Shown piece after piece: positions 29,038 through 39,441 of a DNA stretch of 64,000 bases (its first letter is position 1; each line of letters begins with the position of its first letter). Source of the DNA: an uncultured virus (IMG/VR IMGVR_UViG_2684623188_000002) (Duplodnaviria > Heunggongvirae > Uroviricota > Caudoviricetes); the IMG/VR virus record IMGVR_UViG_2684623188_000002; one strand, 5' to 3'. The translations under genes and the position numbers were made by a program. The notes beneath the pieces are model-generated. The model had not been told where the DNA came from, made no database searches, and saw only the letters and a program-made list of their open reading frames with translations.

Positions 29038-29700
29038 TCAGACTGGTTGTGCAGGCCCAGTGTCGAGTTTGCGAGCCAGTTCGACATTCATCTCGAACTG
29101 TTCGCCAACATCGATCATCGTGCGGCGGCTTTCCTCGATTGACCCTTCCTGAGTCCAGAGAAACGGGAAGAATGAAAAACACTGATCGGCTTTCAGTGCC
29201 TGCAAGTCACTACACCAGCCATCCCAGCGCAGGCCGTCGTAAAAGATTGCAAGCCGATCGCTCAAGGCCCAGCCAAGAAAGTCGGTATAGCCGATGTCCA
29301 ACTGCTCCCACCGCAGTGTGTCGGGCGCCCAGTAGTACATCGCTCCTACATCATCCCCCAAACCGCCGCCGTTGATGGAAAAGAACCCTCCGGCGGCATC
29401 GTCGGCGACCAGCAAATAAGCACCAGCTCGGCCGTCGTTCCAATCAACAAGGTTTCGTGACAGCTGAGGATGCCCGGAGCCGAGCACGCGTAACCAGCCA
29501 TGGTCGATAAGCAAACCACCAGTCCCGTAGGCGATCGCACCCAAAGTCGATCTGGTCGTAACCTGAAGGCCAGAAAGAACTCGGTCGTTCTCGGTGGATG
29601 GGGGTAGTAACTGATAGTTTAGGGTGGCTTCTACCAGCATTTTTTCAATGAGAGGCAGCGCGGGGTCGCGGCTATCTATCAAATCTTCCAAGCTTTTCAT
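29038..29700 (-). CDS. DUF2625-like moron protein
   Basis: LQVTTRSTLGAI.Y.TGG..IDHGWLRVLGSG; own TATAAT upstream and terminator downstream. Confidence 0.75.
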   Translation of the reverse strand: MKSLEDLIDSRDPALPLIEKMLVEATLNYQLLPPSTENDRVLSGLQVTTRSTLGAIAYGTGGLLIDHGWLRVLGSGHPQLSRNLVDWNDGRAGAYLLVADDAAGGFFSINGGGLGDDVGAMYYWAPDTLRWEQLDIGYTDFLGWALSDRLAIFYDGLRWDGWCSDLQALKADQCFSFFPFLWTQEGSIEESRRTMIDVGEQFEMNVELARKLDTGPAQPV

Positions 29701-29781
29701 CTACCGATCCTTGGGAAAAGGAAGCGATTATAGCCGCATAGGCAATGGAGCGGATTAGAGCTCGGGGTGGTAACAAATCAG

Positions 29782-30201
29782 CTATAGACCCGTGTCCGCG
29801 CGGTACATGAACGACACGGGTACCGTAAAAGTTGTGTCGTCCGGAATGCCGGGGCCGGGGTCAACCGGCGTCATGGTCACGATGGTCAGCGCACCCTTCG
29901 TGTTCCGCTCGTACAGCGGGAACAACGCGGCGATCTCGTCTACCAGGCCTTCCGCCTCGCCCGGACCAGAACCCGAAGGGGTGACAATGCTCACCTGAAA
30001 CACGCCGGTGTAAACGTGATGATCGCCGGCCAGCGTGTTGCTGCCCGTACCGGCCGGAATGGCAAAAGCTTTCAGATAGGTCTCGCCATCTGCCGGAGTA
30101 AAGGCCGCACCTTCATAGGCAATGCGCAGCGTGAGTGTGCGAGCCGCTGCCCAATCTGTCAGGCGCGCCTCAAATAGTTGTCGAATGATTGCGTGGCTCA
30201 T
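29782..30201 (-). CDS. Tail terminator-like protein
   Basis: GVFQVSIV.P.G.G motif; position. Confidence 0.75.
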   Translation of the reverse strand: MSHAIIRQLFEARLTDWAAARTLTLRIAYEGAAFTPADGETYLKAFAIPAGTGSNTLAGDHHVYTGVFQVSIVTPSGSGPGEAEGLVDEIAALFPLYERNTKGALTIVTMTPVDPGPGIPDDTTFTVPVSFMYRADTGL

Positions 30202-30851
30202 ACCTGGTTGTTCCTGATGGCTTCTTCAACAATCTGCTGGAAGCGAGTCAAGGTCACGCGGACCATCCCGCCTGGGGCTTGCTTGGAGTGGCCATATTCG
30301 AGGGCGATACCATAAGGCAGGTTGTTCACGATGTAGGCCGTCTGGCCAATGGTCAGTGCCTGCACTTGGGCCCGCAGTACCGCAATCGTCACATTGCCCG
30401 ACGGATCGACCTGATCGAGAACACCCTCGGCCGGGGTATCAATCGAGAACTGCCAGTTACCGCGAAAGCGCCCACCAATGTAGCCCTTCCCCGCCACCAG
30501 ACCGTTCACATTGAAGTTCTGTTCGCGCTCGGTCTTGGTCAGTGGCTTGGCGTACTTCACGCCGCGCTTCAGCTTGCCGGCCTTGGTGAAGTTGCTGTCG
30601 GTCAGGTTGATGACCGTATTGCGCACGGAGACCTTGAAGTCGTAGTCGTCGGCCGCCCGGGTGTTTGCCTGGCGATGTGCAACGTTGGCTGCCCAGATCT
30701 CGGGATTGCCCACCGGCGACATGCGAATAACGCTGCTGCCGATTTCGATGACGATCTCGCGGAACGTCGCGTCGATGCCCGACTTCGCCTGCTCGGCAAA
30801 CTGCCGGATGTTCTCGGCGAAGCTGCCGTTCATGCCGGCGTATTTGCTCAT
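30198..30851 (-). CDS. Neck protein (HK97 gp10-like)
   Basis: SPVG, GRFRGNW, NNLPY..LEYGHSKQAP.GMV. Confidence 0.8.
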   Translation of the reverse strand: MSKYAGMNGSFAENIRQFAEQAKSGIDATFREIVIEIGSSVIRMSPVGNPEIWAANVAHRQANTRAADDYDFKVSVRNTVINLTDSNFTKAGKLKRGVKYAKPLTKTEREQNFNVNGLVAGKGYIGGRFRGNWQFSIDTPAEGVLDQVDPSGNVTIAVLRAQVQALTIGQTAYIVNNLPYGIALEYGHSKQAPGGMVRVTLTRFQQIVEEAIRNNQV

Positions 30852-31219
30852 GACCGCACCTGTAGTTCGTACAGGATCGGCGTGCCGGCCGGGTTGTTCT
30901 CTTTTAGTGGTGGAACAATGGTCCAGGTGCGCCCTTGGGCAACGACCTTGCTGAGCAGCGTCGGCGGCGAGGTCAGCCCGCTTGCTGCGATCTTCAGCTT
31001 TTTATCGCCGACCTTGATCAGTGAGTTGGTCTGAAACTCTTGCCCGGTAAAGTCGAGCAGGATGCCTTGGGCGGTGCGCTCGACGACGGTGTCAGGCCGC
31101 GTCTTGCTGGTACTCGGGTCGTACGCACCTTTGACGATGTCCCGGATAGTCACCGGCTGGCCGAACTCTGAAATCATCTCCAGAGCCATCACGGCCATCT
31201 CATCGTAGAAGTCGGCCAT
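30848..31219 (-). CDS. Head closure / head-tail joining protein
   Basis: Position; YDP, I..GD motifs. Confidence 0.65.
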   Translation of the reverse strand: MADFYDEMAVMALEMISEFGQPVTIRDIVKGAYDPSTSKTRPDTVVERTAQGILLDFTGQEFQTNSLIKVGDKKLKIAASGLTSPPTLLSKVVAQGRTWTIVPPLKENNPAGTPILYELQVRS

Positions 31220-31235
31220 GAAAACTCCGTTTCAG

Positions 31236-31739
31236 TTATGCGCGGACGGCGAACAAGCCCCGCTTTTGTAGGTAATCGGCGAACTGCGTAGCGCTCGGTT
31301 GATCTGGCGCGGCCGGCAGTAGCCGGTTACTGGTGTTTGGGATTGCAGCGTACTGCCGCGTCACCGCCCCCTCGACGCGATCCAGCAGAACCGCCCCTTT
31401 GCGCTTCTCTACAGGGTCGATATCGTCCTGATGAATCTCGGCAGCCAAGGCCATCTGGCCGTACTGGATACGCGCCGGCAGGTAGTTGTGTGGCTTGTTC
31501 TCGCCATCCAAATGCACCTCCCTGCGCGGCCATGCCAGAGCCTGGTCACTGCTGGACTTTCGCCCCTTCCAGGTCATGCCATCCATCGCCAAGGCCGCCC
31601 GACGAAGCAGTGCTTCTTGTGCTGACTCGTCCGCGGGAATAGTCACGCCAAACTTCTTCGCGTACATGACCAAGTCCGCGGCGCTTGCATAGCTTTCGGC
31701 GTCTGACTTACCGGTACCGTCCTCGACAATCAGGCTCAT
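31236..31739 (-). CDS. Head-tail adaptor (DnaT-like family)
   Basis: LIVEDGTG...ESY, QALAWPR. Confidence 0.75.
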   Translation of the reverse strand: MSLIVEDGTGKSDAESYASAADLVMYAKKFGVTIPADESAQEALLRRAALAMDGMTWKGRKSSSDQALAWPRREVHLDGENKPHNYLPARIQYGQMALAAEIHQDDIDPVEKRKGAVLLDRVEGAVTRQYAAIPNTSNRLLPAAPDQPSATQFADYLQKRGLFAVRA

Positions 31740-31742
31740 GAG

Positions 31743-32060
31743 TTAGCTCGCTGGAATGAGTTTCAGAATTTCAGCTTTGGAGGCCTTGGCATCATAGTCA
31801 ATGCCCTGAGCCGTCAGCCATTCACGCAGAGCACCGACACCCATTTCCGCAGGGTCGGTTTCCGACTCGCCCCGCACAGCCGGCAACTCGGAGACGATCA
31901 CGTCCACTCCCAGGGCCTCGTATGCGTCAACGATCACCGGGTGATCGCCAACGACGATAACCTTTGTCACCCCGCTCTCAACGGAGCGAAATAGATCGGC
32001 ATTACGGTAGCGCTTGTTCGGATCGAAGCCGTCCAGCTGATTGGTGTAGATGAGTTCCAT
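31743..32060 (-). CDS. Head accessory protein with C-terminal HeH/LEM-like motif
   Basis: LREWL...GIDY..KASKAEIL; follows capsid gene. Confidence 0.65.
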   Translation of the reverse strand: MELIYTNQLDGFDPNKRYRNADLFRSVESGVTKVIVVGDHPVIVDAYEALGVDVIVSELPAVRGESETDPAEMGVGALREWLTAQGIDYDAKASKAEILKLIPAS

Positions 32061-32106
32061 AACGCTCTCCAGAGCGGCCATTTCTGACCGCTGCTTGATG
32101 TGTGGG

Positions 32107-33072
32107 TTAGCCGCCAGTAGCTGGCGGAGTGGCTGTTAGCTTGATCATCACGCCAGCGGTGACCTTGTCGCTGCCGGCATGCTTGACCCAGTTGGCTGGT
32201 GAGCCCACAGCAGACAGTGTCGGGTTCGAACCACCGGTGTCGGCCTTCCAGCTGTAACCCAGTACATCGATGTTCACCGTCCCTTCAGCACGGTAGCCAA
32301 GGCTGAGGTTCTCCTCATCGTTCACGTCGTAGGAGCGGAAGCCAGGCGCTTGGGATTCAGTGATCGCCACTGCGTTCGGCAGCAGACCAAAGATCACATC
32401 CGCCGGCGCGGTGTCAGTCACCAGCACTGGTTTGCCGAGAGTGCCCGGCAGACCGCCGTAAATCACCACGCCCGCTTCTTCGTAGATCTTGTTGGTGATC
32501 GCTTCATCAACGATGTCGAAGTAGGCGCTCGAGTGCATGACCCAGAGAGAGATGCGGCCGAACTTGTCGCCGAATTTACGCATGCCGCGGGTGAGCGTCT
32601 TTTTGCCATCGGTTTCGATATTTGCCGAAACCACCATGCCTGGGTTCGAGCCGATCGCCGCGCGCAGTGCAGCGGTGGCGTACTGGATAAAGCCTTCCAG
32701 AGTTGCATCAGCCACATCGGCACCGACGATCTGGGAGAACTCTTCTACCGGACGACCGCGGCGCTTGAAGGCCTCTTCGGTGGTCTGGTATGGGCCGTAC
32801 TTCCAAGGTGCCTTAACGCCAACGACTTCACCAGCAGTGATTTTCTTCGCAACGACCTTGCCTTCCGAGTTGACGTCACGGTGCTCCAAGGAGCCGTTCA
32901 GTTTGTAGAGCGCACGCTTACGGAAGTCGCCCTCGATCAGCTCATTGTCGAGCACCATCGCACCGTTGGACGATGCGTTGAAGATGTCCAAGTTGTCCTG
33001 AACGCGTTCTAGGTATGCGGTTTGCGCCTCATCGTTATAGATGATCAGGTCGCTGTTTACGGTTGTAGCCAT
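32107..33072 (-). CDS. Major capsid protein
   Basis: 321 aa after scaffold; LGKPVLVTD. Confidence 0.85.
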   Translation of the reverse strand: MATTVNSDLIIYNDEAQTAYLERVQDNLDIFNASSNGAMVLDNELIEGDFRKRALYKLNGSLEHRDVNSEGKVVAKKITAGEVVGVKAPWKYGPYQTTEEAFKRRGRPVEEFSQIVGADVADATLEGFIQYATAALRAAIGSNPGMVVSANIETDGKKTLTRGMRKFGDKFGRISLWVMHSSAYFDIVDEAITNKIYEEAGVVIYGGLPGTLGKPVLVTDTAPADVIFGLLPNAVAITESQAPGFRSYDVNDEENLSLGYRAEGTVNIDVLGYSWKADTGGSNPTLSAVGSPANWVKHAGSDKVTAGVMIKLTATPPATGG

Positions 33073-33084
33073 GGGTCAATCCCC

Positions 33085-33813
33085 TTACTTGGGTAATTGC
33101 AGATATGCGGTTTGGCCGTGCTTGCGCTGGTAATCGCGCTTCTGCTCGGAGGTCATTTCGGAGCGCTTGAATGCAGCCTGGCCGCCACCCCCGCCCGGGG
33201 CATTTGTTCCTGTAGCCCTCGGCCACAAGTGAGGTGCGCTTTCGCGCAGAGACTCCGCCCATTCGAGCGGTGTCAGAGGTGTTTTGCCATCTTTGCCGAG
33301 GATGGCTTGGCCTTCCTTGTCGACTGCGACAGCATCGCCCTCTTCGTTCAGCGTGAACTGCCCTCTGGCGCGAAGGATCAGATCGTCTGTCGCTTCAGGC
33401 AGCGCACCGGCCTTGATTGCAGCGGCGCGAATCGAGTCGCCGAGTACCTTGTCTCGGAACTTGTTGGCGAACGCTTCGGACTTTTCCGCCCGAGTTCTTT
33501 CGCCGGCCAGCTGCTTTTCGAACTCGCCACGCAGACGTTCAGTGCGCTTGCCGAAGACTTCGTCGATCTTGCCCTCGGTCAGCAGCTTGGTTTCTTCATC
33601 CTGACCCGCTTTGGCCAGCAGCCCTTTCACCGCATCAATGTCGATGCCTTCGAACTGAGTCTCGAACTGACTCAGCTTGCCGGTAGTGTCCTTGAGCTTG
33701 CCTAGCAGCTCGGTGTTCTTGGTTTTCAGCCCGGTAACGGAGGCTTCAACGGCAGTCGCGATAGCGGCCTTGATTGCCGGGTTTTCCAGGTCGATTTCGT
33801 TTTCTTCTGCCAC
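33085..33813 (-). CDS. Capsid scaffold protein
   Basis: Coiled coil, APHLWP..G.GG tail; GTG start at 33813. Confidence 0.75.
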   Translation of the reverse strand: MAEENEIDLENPAIKAAIATAVEASVTGLKTKNTELLGKLKDTTGKLSQFETQFEGIDIDAVKGLLAKAGQDEETKLLTEGKIDEVFGKRTERLRGEFEKQLAGERTRAEKSEAFANKFRDKVLGDSIRAAAIKAGALPEATDDLILRARGQFTLNEEGDAVAVDKEGQAILGKDGKTPLTPLEWAESLRESAPHLWPRATGTNAPGGGGGQAAFKRSEMTSEQKRDYQRKHGQTAYLQLPK

Positions 33814-33894
33814 TTGATGCACCCCTTGGGTATGGTTCGCCCGCTTTGCAGGCATAAAAAAACCGCCCGTAGGCGGCTGATTGAATGTGTTCGG

Positions 33895-34980
33895 TTAAAT
33901 CCCGGCTCGCTCGAACGCCAGTGGCTCCAGTGCCTTCATCTGCACCAGGGTTAGCGGTGAGAAATTGCGATCAAGCTGCAGTTCGGCGAATCGTTCGATG
34001 CTCAATCCGCCTTCGCGGAATAACTTCCCCCGCTTCGGGCCGATAGCCGCATCCTGAAATGACGCAGGCTGCTGCTGGAGCCAGTGGTAATAGTCGAGAC
34101 TTGCACTGACTTGCCCGGGACCATCCTCCCCGACCGAAGCCCGTGTAGCGCCCTTGGCGAATACCTCACTCAGCTTGGTCAGGAAGATGAATGTTGTGCG
34201 GCAGTTCGGGTGAAACGGAGGCCTCGGTCCGGAGTGGACCAGGAACCGCCGCTTATCCATCGACCTGCAGAGCTGACTGGTCTTGCTGTCCAGGGTGGCG
34301 ACCATTTCGATCTCGGTCACCACGTCAATATTGGCCTTGGCCACCTCCATCCGCGCCTGCGACGACACGTGCTGAATCGCAGTGTGCACGACCGTACTGG
34401 CGTTGCGGTTGGTTGTGGCCAGAATGCCGTCTTTGTAGCCAGCAGCCTTGGTACCGCGAATGCTGCGGATGATCTGGAAGTTCGTTTGTCCTTCGAAGAA
34501 ACCCTGCCGGATCGTGCCGGTGACGCGCTCCCGCTCTGCCGTGGTCCAGCCCTTGATGAAGGCCTTCAGCAGCTTGCCACCACCGGTACCGCGAACGCTG
34601 AGTGGATTCGTCAGCACTGCCGCCCTGATGGCTGCCGCCGTTGGCGCCGCAACATCGAGCGAAACGCCAACCGGCGCCGATCTTGCCAGGCTGGTCGCTT
34701 CGAACTCGGCCTCATAGTTGGCGATGTCGATCAGATCGAGATTCAGCTGCGCGCTGTAGCGGTCGAAGATACCCAGCAACAAGCTGTCGACCTCCTTCAG
34801 CAGTGCCTCCAGCCGCTTGACGTTGTACTCGGTCAGGTCCGACTGAGTGAGCCGGTCGCGGATCGAGCGATCAATCTCCTTGAGGAACGGAGCGAACTTG
34901 CCGACCTCGCCGGCCTTCAGTTGCTCGAGGAATACCGCGTGCCGGATCGTGGCATCAAGGATTGCCTGGTTGACTGCCAC
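33895..34980 (-). CDS. Minor head morphogenesis protein (SPP1 gp7/Mu F-like)
   Basis: ATLDSKTS..C, PPFHPNCRT. Confidence 0.88.
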   Translation of the reverse strand: MAVNQAILDATIRHAVFLEQLKAGEVGKFAPFLKEIDRSIRDRLTQSDLTEYNVKRLEALLKEVDSLLLGIFDRYSAQLNLDLIDIANYEAEFEATSLARSAPVGVSLDVAAPTAAAIRAAVLTNPLSVRGTGGGKLLKAFIKGWTTAERERVTGTIRQGFFEGQTNFQIIRSIRGTKAAGYKDGILATTNRNASTVVHTAIQHVSSQARMEVAKANIDVVTEIEMVATLDSKTSQLCRSMDKRRFLVHSGPRPPFHPNCRTTFIFLTKLSEVFAKGATRASVGEDGPGQVSASLDYYHWLQQQPASFQDAAIGPKRGKLFREGGLSIERFAELQLDRNFSPLTLVQMKALEPLAFERAGI

Positions 34981-36370
34981 TGTTCACCCCCACATCGTCC
35001 AGGCCGAGGCCATCAGTCTGTTCCTGCAGCTCGCCGTCGATCTGCAGGTCTGTGCGTTCCGGAGCAATCAACCCCAGTTTGCGCAGGTAAGCGCGCAGGT
35101 CAGCTTTCGCGAAGCCGCCGTTCTGCCACAACCCAACCAAGGCGGTGATCATTTGCGGATCAGCCGTCAGCTCAACGAACTCCTGATTGACCTGGTACGC
35201 GACTTTTCCGCTGACACCCATGTAATCGCAGCACCACATGATTGCCCTGGTGTATGCCTCGCTCACGTTCGCTACACAGCCAGCCAGCACCGAGGTGGAC
35301 GCTGACTGATCGCCGCGTGACTCGGTAGCCGTCTTAGCTGCCAGTGACGCAACGACCATACGAGCGCCCAACTCGATCATCATCTGGTTCTTGTCGGCCA
35401 TCGCCTCTTTAACCAAGGTGTTCGGCAGTGGCTGCGCGTAGCCGAAAGCTCCGTTGACCGGAAGCAGCATTGGTGCCCGGGAACCGACATAGACACCTTT
35501 TTCCTCCAACAACTTCACCCATGATTCAGTCAAGCCGGAAATCCAGGGCTGAGCCTGGCCACACCAGAAGACACTGTCTTCATAGTCCGCGCTGTTGCGG
35601 TAGTGGCCCAGGTTGATCATGGCGATGTCGTAGAGCGGAGACTCGTCGATGGTTGGGTCGTTGTTCTGCGCACCGACGAAGGTGAATGGAATCTCTTTCA
35701 GGCGGCCTTTAGCACCAGTAGGGAAATGCTCCTCCACTACGGTAAGCGGGCCGCCATTCTCCGGTCCGGATCGGCGCCAAACTCGGCAGACGAAACCTTC
35801 TGTTTCCAATGCCAGTTCGCGGTACTGCTCAATCGTCTTGAAACCGAATCCATCTTCGACTTCTGGAGTCTCACGGAGCACGACCAGAGTCAGAACGTTG
35901 TGACCATTCACCATCCCGGTGCGCCAGTTGATGATGCTCTCCGCGCAGTACGACAAGATCACCGAATGACCGCCGACGCCTTCGTCCTGGTGGTAGTCGA
36001 CGTACAGGCCGTGACGTCCAGCCTCAAGCACCTTTTCAAGCGTGCCCTGTGAGTGTTGATAGATGCTCACGCCGGAGCCGTTGGCGTTGTCCTGCAAGTA
36101 CTCCAGCTTCTTCGGCACAGTGAGCGTCGGGTCTTTGTGGAAGGCCAAGCCCAGCAAGCCGTTGCGAGTGTGACCGGTTGCGTTCTTGAACACCGCACGC
36201 TCGCGGTATGCCTTGTTGCGATCGGCGTTCTCCGGCGACTTGTCGTGTGTATTGATGTACGGAAGCCGCGACACCACCCGGTGCTGGCCGGCGCAGACAT
36301 CACGCACAGTCGCCCAGCGGTCCAGCACTTCGATGTAGTCCGCCCGCTTGAAGGAGACGTCGTTGCTCAT
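34955..36370 (-). CDS. Portal protein (DUF4055-like)
   Basis: After terL; IINWR, HYRNSADYE, KTATE. Confidence 0.85.
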   Translation of the reverse strand: MSNDVSFKRADYIEVLDRWATVRDVCAGQHRVVSRLPYINTHDKSPENADRNKAYRERAVFKNATGHTRNGLLGLAFHKDPTLTVPKKLEYLQDNANGSGVSIYQHSQGTLEKVLEAGRHGLYVDYHQDEGVGGHSVILSYCAESIINWRTGMVNGHNVLTLVVLRETPEVEDGFGFKTIEQYRELALETEGFVCRVWRRSGPENGGPLTVVEEHFPTGAKGRLKEIPFTFVGAQNNDPTIDESPLYDIAMINLGHYRNSADYEDSVFWCGQAQPWISGLTESWVKLLEEKGVYVGSRAPMLLPVNGAFGYAQPLPNTLVKEAMADKNQMMIELGARMVVASLAAKTATESRGDQSASTSVLAGCVANVSEAYTRAIMWCCDYMGVSGKVAYQVNQEFVELTADPQMITALVGLWQNGGFAKADLRAYLRKLGLIAPERTDLQIDGELQEQTDGLGLDDVGVNSGSQPGNP

Positions 36371-37854
36371 CGGGCGTATCCCATTTTGATAGAAGTGGCC
36401 GGCTTCCTGGCGCTCTTCGCTACAGCGAAGTACCGGAAACCGTCGGAACCGTGAGAGGTCCAGTCATGAAGCGGCCTGTCTTTCCAGCAGCCGCGCTTGT
36501 CGTCCCATTCCTTGCGGTAGTTCTCGATGCAGTTGATGCCCTGTTCGCACTTCGACTCATCAAACACGCACAGCGGAAGTATTTCCCGGACCTGCTCAAT
36601 ACCGTCGTTGATGCCGATCTTCGGTACCACCTGGAACGTCATGCAGTACTTCTGCCCGTCGATCTCGTAACCCTCGCTGGCCAGCTCGCGGCGGGTCTTT
36701 GCATCGCTACCAAACTCACGGTTATCGATGTCGTGCGGCCCCCAGTGCTCGGAATAGGTGTAACCCTTGTCCTTGAGCACCTTCATGTAATGCCGCAGGC
36801 CTTCGCCTGAGTTTTCGTAGTAGTCGATAACGTGGTACTCGGTACCGATCTGGCGCACGAACCAAATGGCCGTGGAGTCGCCGACACCGATGTCCCAGAA
36901 CGTCATCACCGGCTGGTGGCTGTTGTCCGGGATCGCGCCAATGCGCTGCTGCGCATAAAGCTTGGTGAGCTGCTGGGCGTAATAGGCGCCCTCTACCGAC
37001 TGCTGGAAGGCCTCGACTGGTATCGACGGGTATTCCCGCTTCATGTCGTCGCCGAGTGTCTTTTCCTTGGCCGCGTACCAGGCGCGCTGACCGTCGTTCG
37101 TGACGATCCCGTGCTTGGCGTGCAGCTCGTTGAAGTAATCGGTCAGGCGCTGCGGGATGACCACGTCAGTCGGATCAAGCCAGTACGCCTTGTTCTTCCA
37201 CCAGGAGAAGAAGAAAAACTTCCAGTCCAGCAGACCGAGAGGCACGCCGGCCAGTTGCTGACGCTCCGCACTCTGCGAGTAATCAAAGAAGTAACCGGCT
37301 CGGCCTTCCGCCGTTGATTCAATCGTGACGAAACAGTCGGTGGCGACAGCCTCGAAGGCGCCGGTGACGATCTCGCGGGCCTTATGTGGAAACTTGGCGC
37401 AGATCTTCCCGAACTCGGACACATGCAAGTAGCGCAGTGTACCGCCCCGGAAAGACGTGGAGACGTAGACAGAACCGCCCTTGCTGAACACCAGCTCGCC
37501 GGCGGAATCGTTGCTCGCCGGATTGGCGGCGCGGATCTCGGCAGGCAGGTTGTCATAGGCGTACTTCACCTTCTCGCGGAACAGGCGCTTAGCATCGTTC
37601 AGGGTGTGAGCTATCAGCGCGCACTTGGCCGACTCAAACAGCGCTGCGTCCAGCTGGATGATGCAGCACTCGGTGGTGAAGCCAAGCTGTCGAGCCTTTA
37701 GGATGATGTTGCGGGTGTGCATCCCGTCGAAGTATTCGATCTGCTCGTCCGTCATCCGGAAGCGGACCTTCTTGCCCTGCTTATCGGTGATGAAATAGAG
37801 ATTGTTGAGTCGGAAGCGCTTATCCCTGAGCAGCTTCATGTGCTCGGGCTTCAT
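36367..37854 (-). CDS. terL: Terminase large subunit
   Basis: LKARQLGFTT Walker A, LHVSE Walker B, ESTA, WDIG..D. Confidence 0.95.
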   Translation of the reverse strand: MKPEHMKLLRDKRFRLNNLYFITDKQGKKVRFRMTDEQIEYFDGMHTRNIILKARQLGFTTECCIIQLDAALFESAKCALIAHTLNDAKRLFREKVKYAYDNLPAEIRAANPASNDSAGELVFSKGGSVYVSTSFRGGTLRYLHVSEFGKICAKFPHKAREIVTGAFEAVATDCFVTIESTAEGRAGYFFDYSQSAERQQLAGVPLGLLDWKFFFFSWWKNKAYWLDPTDVVIPQRLTDYFNELHAKHGIVTNDGQRAWYAAKEKTLGDDMKREYPSIPVEAFQQSVEGAYYAQQLTKLYAQQRIGAIPDNSHQPVMTFWDIGVGDSTAIWFVRQIGTEYHVIDYYENSGEGLRHYMKVLKDKGYTYSEHWGPHDIDNREFGSDAKTRRELASEGYEIDGQKYCMTFQVVPKIGINDGIEQVREILPLCVFDESKCEQGINCIENYRKEWDDKRGCWKDRPLHDWTSHGSDGFRYFAVAKSARKPATSIKMGYAR

Positions 37855-37855
37855 G

Positions 37856-38380
37856 TCAGGCTTCCTTAGATAATTCGTCCATCAGTGCAGCCAGGTCGTC
37901 GACTGTCTTGTCACCTGTCTCTGTATCGAGGTTGTAGGCCTGTCGCTCGCCTTTGATGACCTTGAGTTGAGCGTCGACGCCGGCATTCAAGGATCGGGCG
38001 AAGTCGCCAATGTTTTCCTTGTTCACGTCCATATCGGATAGCGCGTCGCAAAGCTTGTTCGCAATGCCACGCCACTGAGCCAGATCGGCTCGATGAGCCA
38101 ACACCACTGAAGCGGCCTCATCGGATGCCTCATCGATAATTTGTTCGTCTTCACGCACTTCGCGCTGCGTGACGGCAGTGCGTGAAGCTGTGCGTGAAAG
38201 CTTGCCGTTGGTAGCTGCTCGCACCTGATCAGTCAGGTCTCTCTGCCATCCGTGCTTCTTGGCTCTACTGCGAATCGTACCTTCGCTAGAGCTGTACTTG
38301 TCGGCGATGCCACGCAGTGAAAGCAATCCAGCCCGGTAGGCGCGTTCGATTGCCTCCCAGTCGGGTTGCTTAATTGTCAT
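37856..38380 (-). CDS. terS: Terminase small subunit
   Basis: DWEAIERAYRAG HTH; directly upstream of terL. Confidence 0.85.
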   Translation of the reverse strand: MTIKQPDWEAIERAYRAGLLSLRGIADKYSSSEGTIRSRAKKHGWQRDLTDQVRAATNGKLSRTASRTAVTQREVREDEQIIDEASDEAASVVLAHRADLAQWRGIANKLCDALSDMDVNKENIGDFARSLNAGVDAQLKVIKGERQAYNLDTETGDKTVDDLAALMDELSKEA

Positions 38381-38453
38381 AGGAACTCTCAGATGCTTGA
38401 AATGGTGGAGGGTTGCCGGTATTGGTGAAGGTCAACTTACAAGGAAGACGGTT

Positions 38454-38657
38454 ATGACCAAGAGATACAGCGTTGTGCATCGCCCGCGCGTTGAATTAAT
38501 TGCACTAGAGCTCGGCAAGCCACAGCCCGGAATCCCGATCGACCAGTTTTGTTTCCAAATCGAGGACTCCCTTGCGGACGGTGACTACATAGGAGGCCCT
38601 TACGCAACTGAGGCAGAAGCTAAGGCTGCGTGCGACCAACTGAACGAGGACGAATAA
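38454..38657 (+). CDS. Hypothetical moron protein
   Basis: AAGGAAG SD; coupled to next ORF (TAAATG). Confidence 0.55.
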   Translation: MTKRYSVVHRPRVELIALELGKPQPGIPIDQFCFQIEDSLADGDYIGGPYATEAEAKAACDQLNEDE

Positions 38658-38918
38658 ATGCTTAACCTCACAGATAGCAACAGAGCATTTCTGAATGAGA
38701 TATGCGCACTCTCCACCGACTTAAAAGGTAGAGAGATTTTCGTGGGGCTCACCCGCGAAGAGTCAGAGAGATATCTCCTGCTCAGCGATCCACTGAGAAG
38801 TTCGCCCCTGGAAGAAAAGGACGAGTACATCGCGCTGGACGAAAAGTACAACCTTGCTCGGATGCAGGTTATTGGTGCTGAGCACCTCCTGCACACTGAA
38901 AATCCCCCCCTGCACTGA
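38658..38918 (+). CDS. Hypothetical moron protein
   Basis: 86-aa ORF, VGLTREES..Y motif. Confidence 0.6.
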   Translation: MLNLTDSNRAFLNEICALSTDLKGREIFVGLTREESERYLLLSDPLRSSPLEEKDEYIALDEKYNLARMQVIGAEHLLHTENPPLH

Positions 38919-38940
38919 GACGCTGTATTGGGCGGTCGAC

Positions 38941-39195
38941 TCAAGTCTCGCCGCCCTCAAGCAGCACATCAATCAGCTTCTGCTCACCCAGCCGAAACAG
39001 AGCAAGCGACTGCATGTCATTGGCCATCGGGCCAAACCCGAACACATCGATACCGCCACGCTCAGACCGCAGACCAATCACACCGACCGAGCAGGCTTCT
39101 CGCCTACCTGACTCAAGGTCATCAGCGATCTTGCGCAGCGAGCGAACAGCGTCTCGCCAGCCCTCACGCTTGAACTCCAGAACCTTGACGGTCAT
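38941..39195 (-). CDS. Hypothetical phage protein
   Basis: GGAGG SD, late-operon orientation. Confidence 0.6.
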   Translation of the reverse strand: MTVKVLEFKREGWRDAVRSLRKIADDLESGRREACSVGVIGLRSERGGIDVFGFGPMANDMQSLALFRLGEQKLIDVLLEGGET

Positions 39196-39400
39196 GCGCC
39201 CTCCACTGGAACCACGGTGATGTCACCCCATACAGGGTGGAAGCCGATACGCTCACCAACGCGACAGCGATGCCGGCCTTGATGTCCGAGTAAGCAACCC
39301 ACCTGGTGCGCACACCGTCGATGAAGACCAGGCGCGGACCTCGGCCATCACCAGCCCAGTGGACATGCTCCCCTGATTGATCGCTCATGCTCTTCTCCAG

Positions 39401-39439
39401 TGTCGCGACACAATTTGATAATTCGCGAAACGTGTCGCG
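39401..39439. repeat. CGCGACAC-N20-GTGTCGCG palindrome, copy 1
   Basis: 35/39 identical to reverse complement of 46638-46676. Confidence 0.8.
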
Positions 39440-39441
39440 GC

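Noticed and set aside
39164..39388. Intact 74-aa gene before 38941-39195
   Set aside because: An alternative frame ends with ATGA coupling at 39192, suggesting a frameshifted relic; cannot be resolved by eye
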